This document shows positions 55,947-64,000 of a stretch of 64,000 nt of DNA, piece by piece. Every line of letters starts with the position of its first letter. Position 1 is the stretch's first letter. The position numbers and the translations under genes are program-made. Below the pieces are notes generated by a model, which searched no databases, was not told where the DNA came from, and was given only the letters and a program-made list of their open reading frames with translations. Source of the stretch: an uncultured Thermoleophilia bacterium (lineage in GTDB: Bacteria > Actinomycetota > Thermoleophilia > UBA2241); NCBI GenBank assembly GCA_963747935.1, contig CAVVGY010000006.1:30443-94442 (forward strand), read 5' to 3'.

Positions 55947-56497
55947 CCCCGCTCGCGCGCGTCATCGCCGTCGTGGCCGGCATCGTCTCGCTGCTGCTGT
56001 GCGGCGCCGCCCTCGTGCGCCAGGCGGCGCTCGCGACGGACGCCGACGTCAAGTGGAACGGCTCCGCCTGGTGGAGCGACCTCACGGCGGGCCAGTCCAC
56101 CGCGACCTTCGTCGCGGCGGCCGTGGTCACCGTGATCACGGTGCTGCTCATCGTCTTCGCCTACCGGCAGGTACAGCCGGCCGTCCCCCCGCAGGTCATC
56201 GAGTTCGCCGTCGAGGACGGCACCGCCAGGCTCTCCGTCCCGGCGCTGCGCAAGGCGCTTCGGCGCCGCTTCGAGGCCATGCTGCCGGGCTCGAGCGTCG
56301 GGGAGGTCGCCGTGAGCATGGACGACGCCGGCTGGAGCGTGCGCGTGGAGGCGGACGTCCCCGTCTGCGACCTCCGCGACGTGCAGGGAGCGGTGCTGCA
56401 CGCGTTCCGCGACGACATGCGCAAGGTCGCGGGCATCGAGATCTCGAGCCTCGACCTCGTGGTCACGTCGATGCGCACGGCGGCGAGGAAGGCCTGA
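55943..56497 (+). CDS. Membrane-anchored AmaP-like protein
   Basis: Two N-terminal TM segments, Asp23-like C-terminal pattern, operon context. Confidence 0.6.
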   Translation: MTPLARVIAVVAGIVSLLLCGAALVRQAALATDADVKWNGSAWWSDLTAGQSTATFVAAAVVTVITVLLIVFAYRQVQPAVPPQVIEFAVEDGTARLSVPALRKALRRRFEAMLPGSSVGEVAVSMDDAGWSVRVEADVPVCDLRDVQGAVLHAFRDDMRKVAGIEISSLDLVVTSMRTAARKA

Positions 56498-56499
56498 TG

Positions 56500-56597
56500 C
56501 AAAACGAAGACCTGGGAATCACCAGGTCTTCGTGAGAAGGCTCCCCGTGGTAGCTGGGGTGTCACACTTCTCCGCGTATCGAGCTGTGCGATACATC
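56500..56597 (-). ncRNA. Candidate sRNA or bidirectional terminator region
   Basis: Three consecutive hairpins; ACGAAGACCTGG/CCAGGTCTTCGT (56504-56533) is followed by a T run on the minus strand. Confidence 0.3.
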
Positions 56598-56671
56598 AGG
56601 ACCTTTCCCGCGGCCCGTATGACGGCAACCCCGTTGACCTCCGGCCGGCCGCACCCGACCGGTGGGTGCGC

Positions 56672-57733
56672 ATGAGTCCTGACGCTCCCGTCCGCGAGGA
56701 CCTCATCCCGCCGCAGTTCCGTCCGTCCCTGGTCGCGGCGGACCTGGACGGCACCCTCGTGGACCGTGCCGTCACCTGGGCCCCAGGACTGCCGGAGGCG
56801 CTGGGGGAGGTGCGCGCGGCCGGCGCCGGCACCATCATCTGCACCGGCCGCATGCTGCAGAGCGTGCAGCGCGTGGGCGCGCGCATCGGCGTCACGGAGG
56901 GCCCGGTGGTGTGCTACCAGGGCGCCCTCGTGGCCGACATCGGCACGGGGGAGTGGTGGCGCCACACGCCCATGGACGGCGCGGCGGCGGCCGAGGTCGT
57001 GCGTCACGTGCGGGCCATGGACCGCCAGCTCAACGCGTACATCGACGACCACCTCTACGTGGAGGAGCTCACCCCGTGGGCGCGGCGCTACGCCGAGCAC
57101 GTGGAGGTCGGCATCGACAGCGTGCCCGACCTGGAGGCCGAAGTGCAGCGGCGGCCGCCGACCAAGCTCGTCCTGGTCACGGCCGTGGACGACGTGGACC
57201 TGATCCTGCCGGGGTTGCAGGAGCGCTGGGCCGGCCGGCTCTACGTGGTGCGCTCCCAGCCCGAGTACATCGAGTTCACCGACGTCTCGGTGAGCAAGAG
57301 CGCGGCCCTCGCCTGGCTCTGCGAGCGGCTCGGCGTGCGCCGCGAGGACGTGGTGACCCTGGGCGACGGCATGAACGACGTGGACATGCTGCGCTGGGCC
57401 GGCCTCGGCGTGGCCGTGGCGGAGGCGGCGCAGGCGGTGCGGGACGCCGCCGATCTGGTGGTGCCGCGCGCCGGCGTGCCCGGGCTGCTCCGCGCGCTGG
57501 CCGCCCGGGTCCGAGCGCGCGGCGGCGCGGCGAAGGAGCAGAAGCGGAGCATAAGCGAAGGCGGCGCCTGGAGGGGTGGCGCCGCCTTCGAGGGGCCTCG
57601 GTGCTGGTGGGATAGCACCGGCCTTTGTCCCCCTGACGGGACACGCTGTTCATCAGTTTTGACTGTGAAAGCGCACAAAAAGAATACGCTCGAGCCTGCG
57701 GGCGGTCAAGGCCGTCCAGACTCGAGCGTGTGA
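56672..57733 (+). CDS. Cof-type HAD-IIB hydrolase (true end probably near 57520; tail likely spurious)
   Basis: DLDGTL, ICTGR, SKSAAL, GDGMNDVDML. Confidence 0.85.
   Translation: MSPDAPVREDLIPPQFRPSLVAADLDGTLVDRAVTWAPGLPEALGEVRAAGAGTIICTGRMLQSVQRVGARIGVTEGPVVCYQGALVADIGTGEWWRHTPMDGAAAAEVVRHVRAMDRQLNAYIDDHLYVEELTPWARRYAEHVEVGIDSVPDLEAEVQRRPPTKLVLVTAVDDVDLILPGLQERWAGRLYVVRSQPEYIEFTDVSVSKSAALAWLCERLGVRREDVVTLGDGMNDVDMLRWAGLGVAVAEAAQAVRDAADLVVPRAGVPGLLRALAARVRARGGAAKEQKRSISEGGAWRGGAAFEGPRCWWDSTGLCPPDGTRCSSVLTVKAHKKNTLEPAGGQGRPDSSV
57550..57674 (-). ncRNA. Candidate four-hairpin sRNA with its own sigma70 promoter
   Basis: TTGACC (57709-57704)-N17-TATTCT (57686-57681); four consecutive hairpins, last CGAAGGCGGCGCC-ACCCCTCCA-GGCGCCGCCTTCG. 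Confidence 0.55.
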
Positions 57734-57776
57734 AGAAATGTTGCGGGGCCGGCGCGGAGGCCCGTCAGTCTCCGTG

Positions 57777-58022
57777 TCAGTCCCTGCCGGCGCCGCGCAG
57801 GCCGATGCGCTTCTTGACCTCCACGTAGCGCGCCTGCAGCACGCGCTCGTGCGCGAGCTCCTCGTGCAGCAGCTGCTCGAAGACGGCGCAGGCCTCGGGG
57901 TCGGCGCAGCGCTCCAGGCCGCGCCGGTACTTCTCCTGCGCGGCCTGCTCGTCGGCCATCGCCTCCTCGAGGATGGCGAGGAGCTCGTTGTCGCCCAGCG
58001 GCCGCCGGTCCTCGCCGGTCAT
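57777..58022 (-). CDS. Small ferritin-like/rubrerythrin half-domain protein
   Basis: AMADEQAAQEKY...FEQLLHEELAH with ExxH. Confidence 0.7.
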   Translation of the reverse strand: MTGEDRRPLGDNELLAILEEAMADEQAAQEKYRRGLERCADPEACAVFEQLLHEELAHERVLQARYVEVKKRIGLRGAGRD

Positions 58023-58855
58023 CGGTTCTCCTTGGTCATCTTGAGCGTGAAGGTCAGAGGGAAGTCCTCGTGGCGGCCCTTGACGCGCAGCATGCCCCGC
58101 TCGTCCTTCTCGAGGAACTCGAACTGCAGGCCGGGCACCGTGTACGGCAGCTCGTGGAGGAAGTCCAGGCGCAGGCCGCGGCGCAGCAGCGGGTCGAGGA
58201 TCTCGCCGAAGCCGTGCAGCCCACTCGAACGTCACCGTGTTCTCGAACTTGGCCTGCGCGTCGGCGTAGTCGCCGTCCTCGTCGAACCGCTGCGGCTCGC
58301 CGTACTGGAAGTAGGGGTAGCCGATGCGCAGCGCGTCGGGCGTCGCCTTGTCGTCGAGCAGGAACGCGTAGGGGTGGAACTCGGCGATGTAGAACGTACC
58401 GCCGGGAGCGAGGAAGTGGTCGATGACCTCCGCCCAGCGCTCCAGGTCGGCCGAGCCAGAGCAGCACGCCCCACGAGGTGAACACGACGTCGAACGCGCC
58501 GGAGAGCGCGGCCGGCAGGCCGGCGATGTCGCTCTGGACGAAGGTGGCGCGCGAGGACAGGCCGACTTCAGCGGCCAGCGCGCGCGCCGTCCTGATCCCC
58601 TCGCCGGAGAAGTCGGCGCCGGTGACGACGGCCCCCTCGCGCGCCCAGCTCAGCGTGTCGAGCCCGAAGTGACACTGCAGGTGCAGCAGCCGGGTGCCCT
58701 CGTGGACGAAGGGCCCGAGCTCGCCGAGCTCGATCTCGCTGAGCGAGGTCTTGCCGGCCTTGAACCCGGCGCACGTCGTAGAGCTGCGAGCCGACGTGCA
58801 GGCCCACGGCCTCGTCCCAGCTCGCGAGGTTGGCCTTGAGGTAGTCGTCGAGCAT
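58019..58855 (-). CDS. Class I SAM methyltransferase (frameshifted paralog)
   Basis: LHLQCHFGLDTLSWAR, FDVVFTSWGVL, GGTFYIAEFHP. Confidence 0.8.
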
Positions 58856-58856
58856 C

Positions 58857-59786
58857 TCAGGCCTCCCCGGAGGCCCGGCTCGCCGCGTCCGCCGCCTTGC
58901 TCGCCCGCAGGGAGAAACTGAACGGCAGGTCGTTGCGGAGGCCGCCCTTGCCGTCCGGGAGCCACCACCAGCGGTCGTCGTCCTGCACCATCCAGTCCCA
59001 GAACGGCGCCGGGGAGGTGGGGAACTCGTGCAGGTGCTCCAGCCGCAGGCCGGCGGCCGTGAGTGCGCCGGTGATCTCCGAGATGCTGTGGTGCCAGCCG
59101 TAGGCGGTGAGGCCGGTGGTGTCGGCGTCGCGGTCGGCGTAGCTGCCCTCCACGGCGTCCACGTCGGGGGTGTCGGGCGCCGGCAGCAGGCGGTACCTGA
59201 CGTGTACGTCGTGCTCGCCCGGAACCTCGTCGAGCGCGGTGGCGAACGGGTGCAGCTCCGCGAGGTAGAAGATGCCGCCGGGGCGCAGGTGGCGGGCGAC
59301 GATCTGCGCCCAGCGGTCCAGGTCCGGCAGCCACTCGATAGCGCCCCAGCTGACGAAGACCACGTCGAACAGACGCTCGCCGAGGTGGGCGGAGGCGTCG
59401 TAGAGGTCGGCGCAGACGAACTCGGCGCGGCCGGACAGACCGACATCGTCGGCCAGGCGCCGCGCCAGCGCGATGGCCTCGTCGCTGAAGTCGAGGCCCA
59501 CGACCTCGGCGCCGAGACGCGCCCAGCTGAGCGTGTCGAGCCCGAAGTGGCACTGCAGGTGCAGCAGTGTGGTGCCTTCGTGGACGAAGGGCCCGAGCTC
59601 GTCGCGCTCCAGGGGCCAGAGCGACGAGGCGCCGGCCTTGAACCCCTCGACGTCGTAGAACGCGCTCTTCTCGTGCACCCTGGTCCAGTGGTTCCAGAGC
59701 TCGAGGTTGGCGGCCCGCGCCTCGGGCGGGACCGGGTCGGGCCGGACGGGATCGGCGGGGCCGGTGCCGTGGTCGCGTGTGGTCAT
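58857..59786 (-). CDS. Class I SAM methyltransferase
   Basis: LHLQCHFGLDTLSWARLGA, GLDFS, LRPGGIFYLAELHP. Confidence 0.88.
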   Translation of the reverse strand: MTTRDHGTGPADPVRPDPVPPEARAANLELWNHWTRVHEKSAFYDVEGFKAGASSLWPLERDELGPFVHEGTTLLHLQCHFGLDTLSWARLGAEVVGLDFSDEAIALARRLADDVGLSGRAEFVCADLYDASAHLGERLFDVVFVSWGAIEWLPDLDRWAQIVARHLRPGGIFYLAELHPFATALDEVPGEHDVHVRYRLLPAPDTPDVDAVEGSYADRDADTTGLTAYGWHHSISEITGALTAAGLRLEHLHEFPTSPAPFWDWMVQDDDRWWWLPDGKGGLRNDLPFSFSLRASKAADAASRASGEA

Positions 59787-59804
59787 GTCGAGAAGCCGTC
59801 CACG

Positions 59805-60446
59805 TCAGGGCGCCAGCCTCTCGAGGGCCCAGTCGCCACGATCGTCCAGGCGCAGCCTGAACCGGCCCGGGCACATGCGGCACTTGGCCTCGGCCCCGTC
59901 CGACGGCACGGGGCCGAAGTCGATCTCCCATCCGCAGAGCGGACAGAAGAGCACCACCGGCCTCGCAACCTCCTGCAGGCTCCGGACGACGCGGCGGAGC
60001 CCGTTGCGGTGCCCGGACTCGCTGCGCGCGAGCTCCTTGAACAGCTCCATGAGCTCGCGGTCCTCGGACCGGTAGGCGAACTGGCCGTAGATGACCACCG
60101 CCTCGTCCTCGAAGTCGTAGTCGCCGCGCAGCGCGGCCAGGTCGCCGGCCTGCCCGCGGGCGCCGTCCGCGAGCCTCAGCGGGTGGCGCCCGGTGGCTTG
60201 CGGGTCGAGTGCGGCGGCCGTGAGGTCGGCCCGCGCCGGGACCTCCAGGTCCGGGTCCTCGCCGTGCCGGCGAAGCCACGCGGCGAGCAGTTCGCGGTGC
60301 TCCGCCTCGTTGCGGCGCAAGGACTCCCAGTAGCTGACGAGCCGCGGGTCGGCGGAGGCGGCGGGGTGATCCACGTACCGGGCCACCGCCTCACGCTCCA
60401 GCCGGAGCGCCTCGCGCGCCAGGGCGATGTCGTTCTCTGCGGCCAG
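59805..60446 (-). CDS. Ferritin-like domain protein with C-terminal zinc ribbon (start uncertain)
   Basis: Two ExxH motifs (NEAEH, SESGH); CPLC...CRMC. Confidence 0.7.
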   Translation of the reverse strand: MAAENDIALAREALRLEREAVARYVDHPAASADPRLVSYWESLRRNEAEHRELLAAWLRRHGEDPDLEVPARADLTAAALDPQATGRHPLRLADGARGQAGDLAALRGDYDFEDEAVVIYGQFAYRSEDRELMELFKELARSESGHRNGLRRVVRSLQEVARPVVLFCPLCGWEIDFGPVPSDGAEAKCRMCPGRFRLRLDDRGDWALERLAP

Positions 60447-60459
60447 GTCGCGCTCCGGA

Positions 60460-60663
60460 TCAGTCGGGTACGCGGTACGCGACGGCGCGCATGAGCCCGA
60501 TGGTCTCCCCGTTCTCGCCCACCGTGGTGCTGTCGCTCACGGAGTACACCTTGTCGGCGCCCTCCTCCTGCAGGAACGCCTGCACCTCTGCGTCGAGGTC
60601 GTGCAACTCCCGCATGGTGGCGAAGATCTTGATCGGCGTCGCGAACGTCCTCATCTTGATCAT
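60460..60663 (-). CDS. 67-aa hypothetical protein
   Basis: SD GAGGAG, ATG, typical GC3 bias: MIKMRTFATPIKIFATMRELHDLD... Confidence 0.7.
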   Translation of the reverse strand: MIKMRTFATPIKIFATMRELHDLDAEVQAFLQEEGADKVYSVSDSTTVGENGETIGLMRAVAYRVPD

Positions 60664-60867
60664 CGCTGCTCCTCTCTCGAGTGCCGGCCGCCTGTGCGGC
60701 GCGTGGTGTGAGTGGTGCATATCCGCGGGCGGGGCAAGCATAACGCCCTGAGATTCCCGGCGTTCGGGGGCGTCACGACCCCCGGTTTCGTGCCGCGTTT
60801 GTCCAGCGGCGACGCATTGTGTGCCTGAAGAGCATCGGAAGCATTGGCTTGTGAAGGAAAGTGCGAT

Positions 60868-61585
60868 ATGTTCGCATACGTGGAGACCACGTACGACAAA
60901 GAAGGCGTGTATCTGGGCCGTCTGGCCGACGTCTTCGGTGATCCCACCCGGCGCAACATCTACCGTCATCTGCGCTCCAGCGACGGTCCTCAGTCGGCGA
61001 GCGAGGTCGCCGAGGTCTTCGGCCTGCACCGCACCGTCGCCCGCGCCCACCTGGAGAAGCTCGGCGAGCTCGGGCTGGTGTCCACGTCCACGCGCCGCCG
61101 CGCCGGCGGGGGGCGTCCCGCCAAGATCTACGCCATCACCGACGCCCGCCTCGAGGTCATGCTTCCGCCGCGCCGCTACGAGCGCCTGGCGCGGCTGCTC
61201 CTGCAAGCTCGTGAGCGAGACCGTCGAGCCGGACGTCGCCGCGTCCACCGCGGCCGCGCTGGGCCGTGCGTTCGGCGAAGACAGCGCGGCCGAGTTCGCC
61301 GGCGACGGCATCCAGCCGCCGGTCAGGCTCTCCCCGAGCGCCGTCATGGACTGGATGGACCTCGCCGGCTACGGCGCCACCCTGTCGTCCAACGGCAACG
61401 GCACCACCGTCATCGAGGTGCACAACTGCGTGTACCGCGAGCTCTCGCAGGAGTACCCCGAAGTCGTGTGCGCGTTCGACCGCAACATGCTCTGCGGCAT
61501 GCTCGGCGTCGACTCCTCGCTGCACACCCAGACGCACGCGCTGAGCGGCGGCGACACGTACTGCCGCCACGAGTTCAGTCTCTAG
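60868..61585 (+). CDS. ArsR-like HTH regulator with Cys-containing C-terminal domain (frameshift near 61205)
   Basis: GDPTRRNIY..ASEVAEVFGLHRTVARAHLEKL..GGRPAKIY; HNCVY..VVC...YCRH. Confidence 0.82.
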
Positions 61586-61639
61586 ACCCCCGCACACTTC
61601 CCTCAGCTCAGACTCGCTCGTCCCAGACCCACGACGCGG

Positions 61640-62468
61640 TCAGCCGTCCCCCGCGGTCGTGCGCCCCGTGAACGCGTCCATGCAGTTGTTGAGGCCGAAG
61701 AAGTCGGCGAGCTGGTCGAAGGCCCACACCGGCAGCAGCCGCATGGCCGGGAGCGTGCTGACCATGAACGGCATCTGCACCGACGGCCTGGTTGCGGCGC
61801 ACCGCTTTGAGGACGCGGTCGGCGACCTCCTGCTCCCGGAGCACGGGCAGCAGGAGGGGGAACCGCGTCTTCACGCCTGTGAACATGCCGGTGTCGATGT
61901 AGTAGGGGCAGACGACGGTGGTCCTGACCCCGGGCGCGCTGCGCCGCAGCTCCTGCCGCAGCGCCTCGTTGAAGCCGACGGCCGCGAACTTGCTCGCCGC
62001 GTAGTCGGTCTCGCGTGCGGTGCCGATGAGGCCCGCGGCGGAGGCCACGGTGACGACGTGGCCGCTCCCGCGGGCCTTCATGCCCGGCAGGAACGCCTTG
62101 GTGGTCCAGAAGAGCGCCAGCGTGTTGACCCGGAACGTGCGCTCGATCTTGTCGTCCGCCAGCTCCAGCAGCGGCTTGCCGCTGACGATGCCGGCGTTGT
62201 TGACGAGCACGTCGACGTCGCCGGCCGCCGCGCGCAGCTCATCGGCGCGGGCGTACACCTGCTCGCGGTCGCCGACGTCGCACGAGAAGGCGTGCGCCGC
62301 CGAGGCGCCGGCCTCCGAGGCCTCCAGCGCGACGCGCTCGGCGCCCTCCGCGTCCAGGTCCCAGATGGTCACCTCGGCGCCCACGCGGGCGCAACCGAGC
62401 ACGAGCAGCCGGCCGATGCCGCACGCTCCGCCGGTGACGAGGACGTGCTTGTTGTGCAGGGTGGTCAC
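61640..62468 (-). CDS. Short-chain dehydrogenase/reductase (frameshift near 61785)
   Basis: TGGACGIG, NNAG, YAASK. Confidence 0.88.
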
Positions 62469-62478
62469 CGGGCCCTCC

Positions 62479-64000
62479 TCACTTGATGCCGGGTACGTGC
62501 TTGAGCAGCCCGACCGCGGTCTTCATCACCGCCGCGTACTGGCCGTGGCTCAGGAACGGCGGCGTGCCGATGTTGAGCACGCGCTCCACCGACACCGTCT
62601 GCGGGTCGGTGTACTTGAGGATGCCGTGACGGCCGTGGCGCCGCTCGAGGCCAGATCTGCTTCCAGCCGCCCATCGGCGCCGCGGAGGCCCACGTGGCGG
62701 CGTAGGCCTCGTTGACGTTGACCGTGCCGGTCTCGATCCGGTGGGCGACCTCCCGGCCCGCCTTGACGTCCCGCGTCCAGACGCTGGCGTTGAGGCCGTA
62801 CTCGCTGTCGTTGGCGCGCGCGACCATCTCGTCCACCGAGGAGCAGCGGTACACGGCCGCGACGGGGCCGAAGGTCTCGGCGCGGCAGAGTTCCATCTCG
62901 TCGGTCACGCCCTCGAGGAGCGTGGGCTCGTAGAAGTACGGGCCGAGGTCGGGACGCGGCCGGCCGCCGGTGAGCACCGTGGCGCCCTTGCTCACCGCGT
63001 CGTCCACGTGCGCGGCGATCTTGGCGAGCTGGTCGGCGCTGGCGAGCGACCCCATGTCGTCGGCGAACGTGAGGCTGGAGCCGAGCCGCACCGCGCGCAT
63101 GCGCTCGGCGAGCCGGGGCACGAAGAGGTCGTAGATGGCGTCGTGCACGTACAGGCGCTCGATGCTGATGCAGAGCTGTCCGCTGTTGGACGTGATGCCC
63201 TGGAGCGCGCCGGGAACGGCCCGCCAGAGCGCGGCGTCCGGGAGCACCAGCAGCGCGTTCTTGCCGCCCAGCTCCATCGAGCAGTCCTTGAGTCGCTCGC
63301 CGCACTGCGCCGCGACGACGCGGCCGGTGGCGGTGGAGCCCGTGAACATCATGTAGTCGACGGCGTCGACCAGGGGCGTGCCGAGCTCGGATCCGCGGCC
63401 GGTGACCACCTGCAGGAGGCCGGCGGGCAGCCCCGCCTCCTCCAACAGCCCGGCCGCCCACAGCGCGGTGAGGGGCGTCTGCGCGTCGGGCTTGAGCACG
63501 ACGCCGTTGCCGGCCACGAGGGCGGGCAGGACGTCTCCAATGGACAGGGTGAACGGGTAGTTCCAGGGGGCGACGATGCCGATGACGCCCCGCGGCCTGT
63601 GGTACACGCGCGTCGAGGTGAGCACCGGGAGCGCGCCCTGCCTACGCTGCTCGCGCAGGAAGCCCGCGGCGGCATGGGCGTAGTACCGCGCCTGGATGGC
63701 CACGTCCAGCACCTCTTCGAACGCGTGGATGCGCGCCTTGCCGCTCTCGATCTGGATGAGGTCGAGGATCTCCTGCGCGTTGGCCAGCACCAGGTCGTGG
63801 TAGCGCAGGAGCACGGCGGCGCGCTCCGCCACCGGCCGCGCCGCCCAGTCGGCCTGCGCCTCACGCGCGGCTGCGCAGGCGCTCTCGACGTCGGCCGGCG
63901 CGCCCTGGGGCACCTCCGCCAGCACCTCACCGGTGAACGGCGCCTCGACCGGCGTCACGGGGCATCCCGGGGCGACGGCCGCGCGCGCCGCCAGGCGCGC
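62479..64000 (-). CDS. Succinate-semialdehyde dehydrogenase-like ALDH (5' end at or beyond window edge; frameshift near 62655)
   Basis: APWNYP, FTGSTATG, MELGGKN, GQLCISIER, ETFGPV. Confidence 0.85.

Noticed and set aside
57520-57733. C-terminal extension of the Cof hydrolase
   Set aside because: Atypical codons running through hairpins and an opposite-strand promoter; the true stop was probably lost by an indel

Overview
High-GC bacterial chromosome segment, by inference Actinomycetota (PASTA kinase, dnaE2 behind a CGAAC-N4-GTTCG SOS box, Zur/CsoR-type boxes, nrdR-nrdJ; Thermoleophilia-like, not provable here). About 50 CDS, mostly metabolism, metal homeostasis and DNA repair. About a dozen genes carry single-base frameshifts that look like long-read assembly errors. 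The standout is a TetR-flanked operon (33994-38626): small membrane peptide, NCS1-type permease, a dimethylamine:corrinoid methyltransferase (MtbB) homolog and an aldehyde dehydrogenase. The mtbB frame has an in-frame TAG (36721-36723, codon 354) at the pyrrolysine position, immediately followed by a stem-loop, while TAG is an ordinary stop in about 11 other genes here. This suggests context-dependent pyrrolysine recoding in an actinobacterium; no pyl or corrinoid-protein genes are in the window. Other points: a secreted tandem-cupredoxin cluster near copA, an orphan REC-MshEN-PilB fusion ATPase, several candidate structured sRNAs with C-rich loops, a 22-aa sORF, an IS30 remnant inside a palindrome and a repeated palindromic element. 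All family calls come from motif recognition, not database searches.
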